Positions 62,591 through 64,000 of a stretch of DNA of 64,000 nt are shown one piece after another. Where the stretch lies: the NCBI GenBank assembly GCA_951406725.2, contig OX597818.1, positions 24,924,001-24,988,000 on the forward strand, written 5' to 3'. Both the position numbers and the translations under genes were made by a program. Origin of the DNA: Octopus vulgaris. Its lineage: Eukaryota. The notes under the pieces are model-generated. The model worked only from the letters and a program-made list of their open reading frames with translations, did no database searches and was not told the DNA's origin. How positions within the stretch are numbered: the stretch's first letter is position 1; each line of letters opens with the position of its first letter.

Positions 62591-64000
62591 TATGCTGGGG
62601 GATACATGGATTAATATAAATATCTGAGTATACAAGTATGTATATATGCAAAGATATATGTGCATCTCTTTGCGGATAAGCATATATGTTGCTACATTTA
62701 TATATTGCTATATATATGTATCTCCTTATAGATAAAAATAACTATAGAAAAATGCAACATCCTTAAGCATTCACAGGAATAGTATCATGCAGTTACATGC
62801 ATGCATTTGATTACAATATCATAATTTAAATACAAATCTCCATGTTAGAAACAAATCAGAAAATCTTAATTAATATCCATGGCAACATAGTCTCCTCAGT
62901 CCTCACAAAAATATCCAGTTTAAAATTTCATAATAGAAATCTAACAACACCATCACCAATTCAACTTCAATCTGCCCTGTGCCGTGTGACAACTGATTTA
63001 TCAGCAAACAGTCTTTGTGAACCCTGAAACAACCAAAACCAACTTTCTATACAAAGAATTCCATGCCTGAGTGAACCCTAATCAATAACAAAATTTTCAC
63101 ATCAAACCAAAATAAATCTCCTCACTATAACTTTCAACTCACTCCCTACAAGCACATATTTTCGTTTACCCTCCTCTATCCCAGCTTTCCTATGCAAGTG
63201 CTTCCTCAGTCTATCTGCACCACACCTAATCATTATTCATATAGCTCAAGCTAACTAAAAAACCCAACTTGCCAAAGACTATACATGTGTGCAAGGTGGT
63301 GGAGTACATGTAGTCATGTATGAACATTGGCGAGTGATTTTATACACTCCCTACACAGATACACACACACACACATGCACCTAAAGAATACCCATACATA
63401 CATGTATATATAGGAGCAACATATTCTCAGTTGTGTTTAGAATCAATAAGAGTTGTAAAAACAAAGAAAAAGGAAATAAGCTAGAAAAAAAAGAATGGAA
63501 ACTCAGTTTCTCTGATCTTTGAAAGGAAGAAAATTAAAAATACAGGAAATAGCAGCAAGGAAATAATTAAGTTTAACTGCTTCATTTCTTACTATGGGGG
63601 GATTTGCCACGATGTAGAATTTTTTCTTTTTATCATTGTTTTATTACGTCTGGAGAAATTTTTTTTATAAAATCTCTCTCCATATCTAAATAGTATATTG
63701 GATCATCAGTATTGGTAAAACAGAAATATTTTTTCCAAATTTGTTGTTCATGTAAATTCACTGTTCACTGAAAGGAACTTTCCTTTGTTCTGGATGATGT
63801 ATTTGTTGTTTATGTATCCTCATTCTTTTTCTTTTTTTACGCTATTACCAATGCTCATAATTGCCAGTAGTTTGAGTTTCACATTTCCATTCTTTCAGCT
63901 GCCAATCCAAGCTTGTTTTCTCTTGAATTATTAGTTGTTTGAATATATTTTGAAATATTATATAAAATCTACCAAGAAAACATTTGCTTTTTAAAAATTC

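Overview
AT-rich, microsatellite-dense eukaryotic DNA, most likely from an octopus (inferred from the SINE and RTE families and the (TA)n/(CA)n/(TAA)n load). Most of the window is transposon-derived. It holds a near-full-length RTE LINE with an open APE+RT ORF and a PHD finger inside the RT (25.2-28.9 kb), a 5'-truncated CR1-type LINE, R4/Dong relics in TAA arrays, a decayed but complete Ty3/Gypsy element with both LTRs (43.6-48.2 kb), mariner and Tigger fossils, nested Helitrons, a hAT MITE and several tRNA-derived SINEs. Host-gene signal is limited to the centre: a clear first coding exon of a KCTD-type BTB/T1 gene (+, 31591-31772) and a candidate divergent minus-strand first exon encoding a signal-peptide-like N-terminus (29302-29444). 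The most interesting non-coding signals are a 339-bp tandem repeat carrying a canonical type I hammerhead ribozyme (retrozyme-like, 57.4-57.9 kb), a Penelope-type hammerhead inside an inverted repeat (22.1 kb), and many long fold-back hairpins. All calls were made by eye; no alignments or searches were run.
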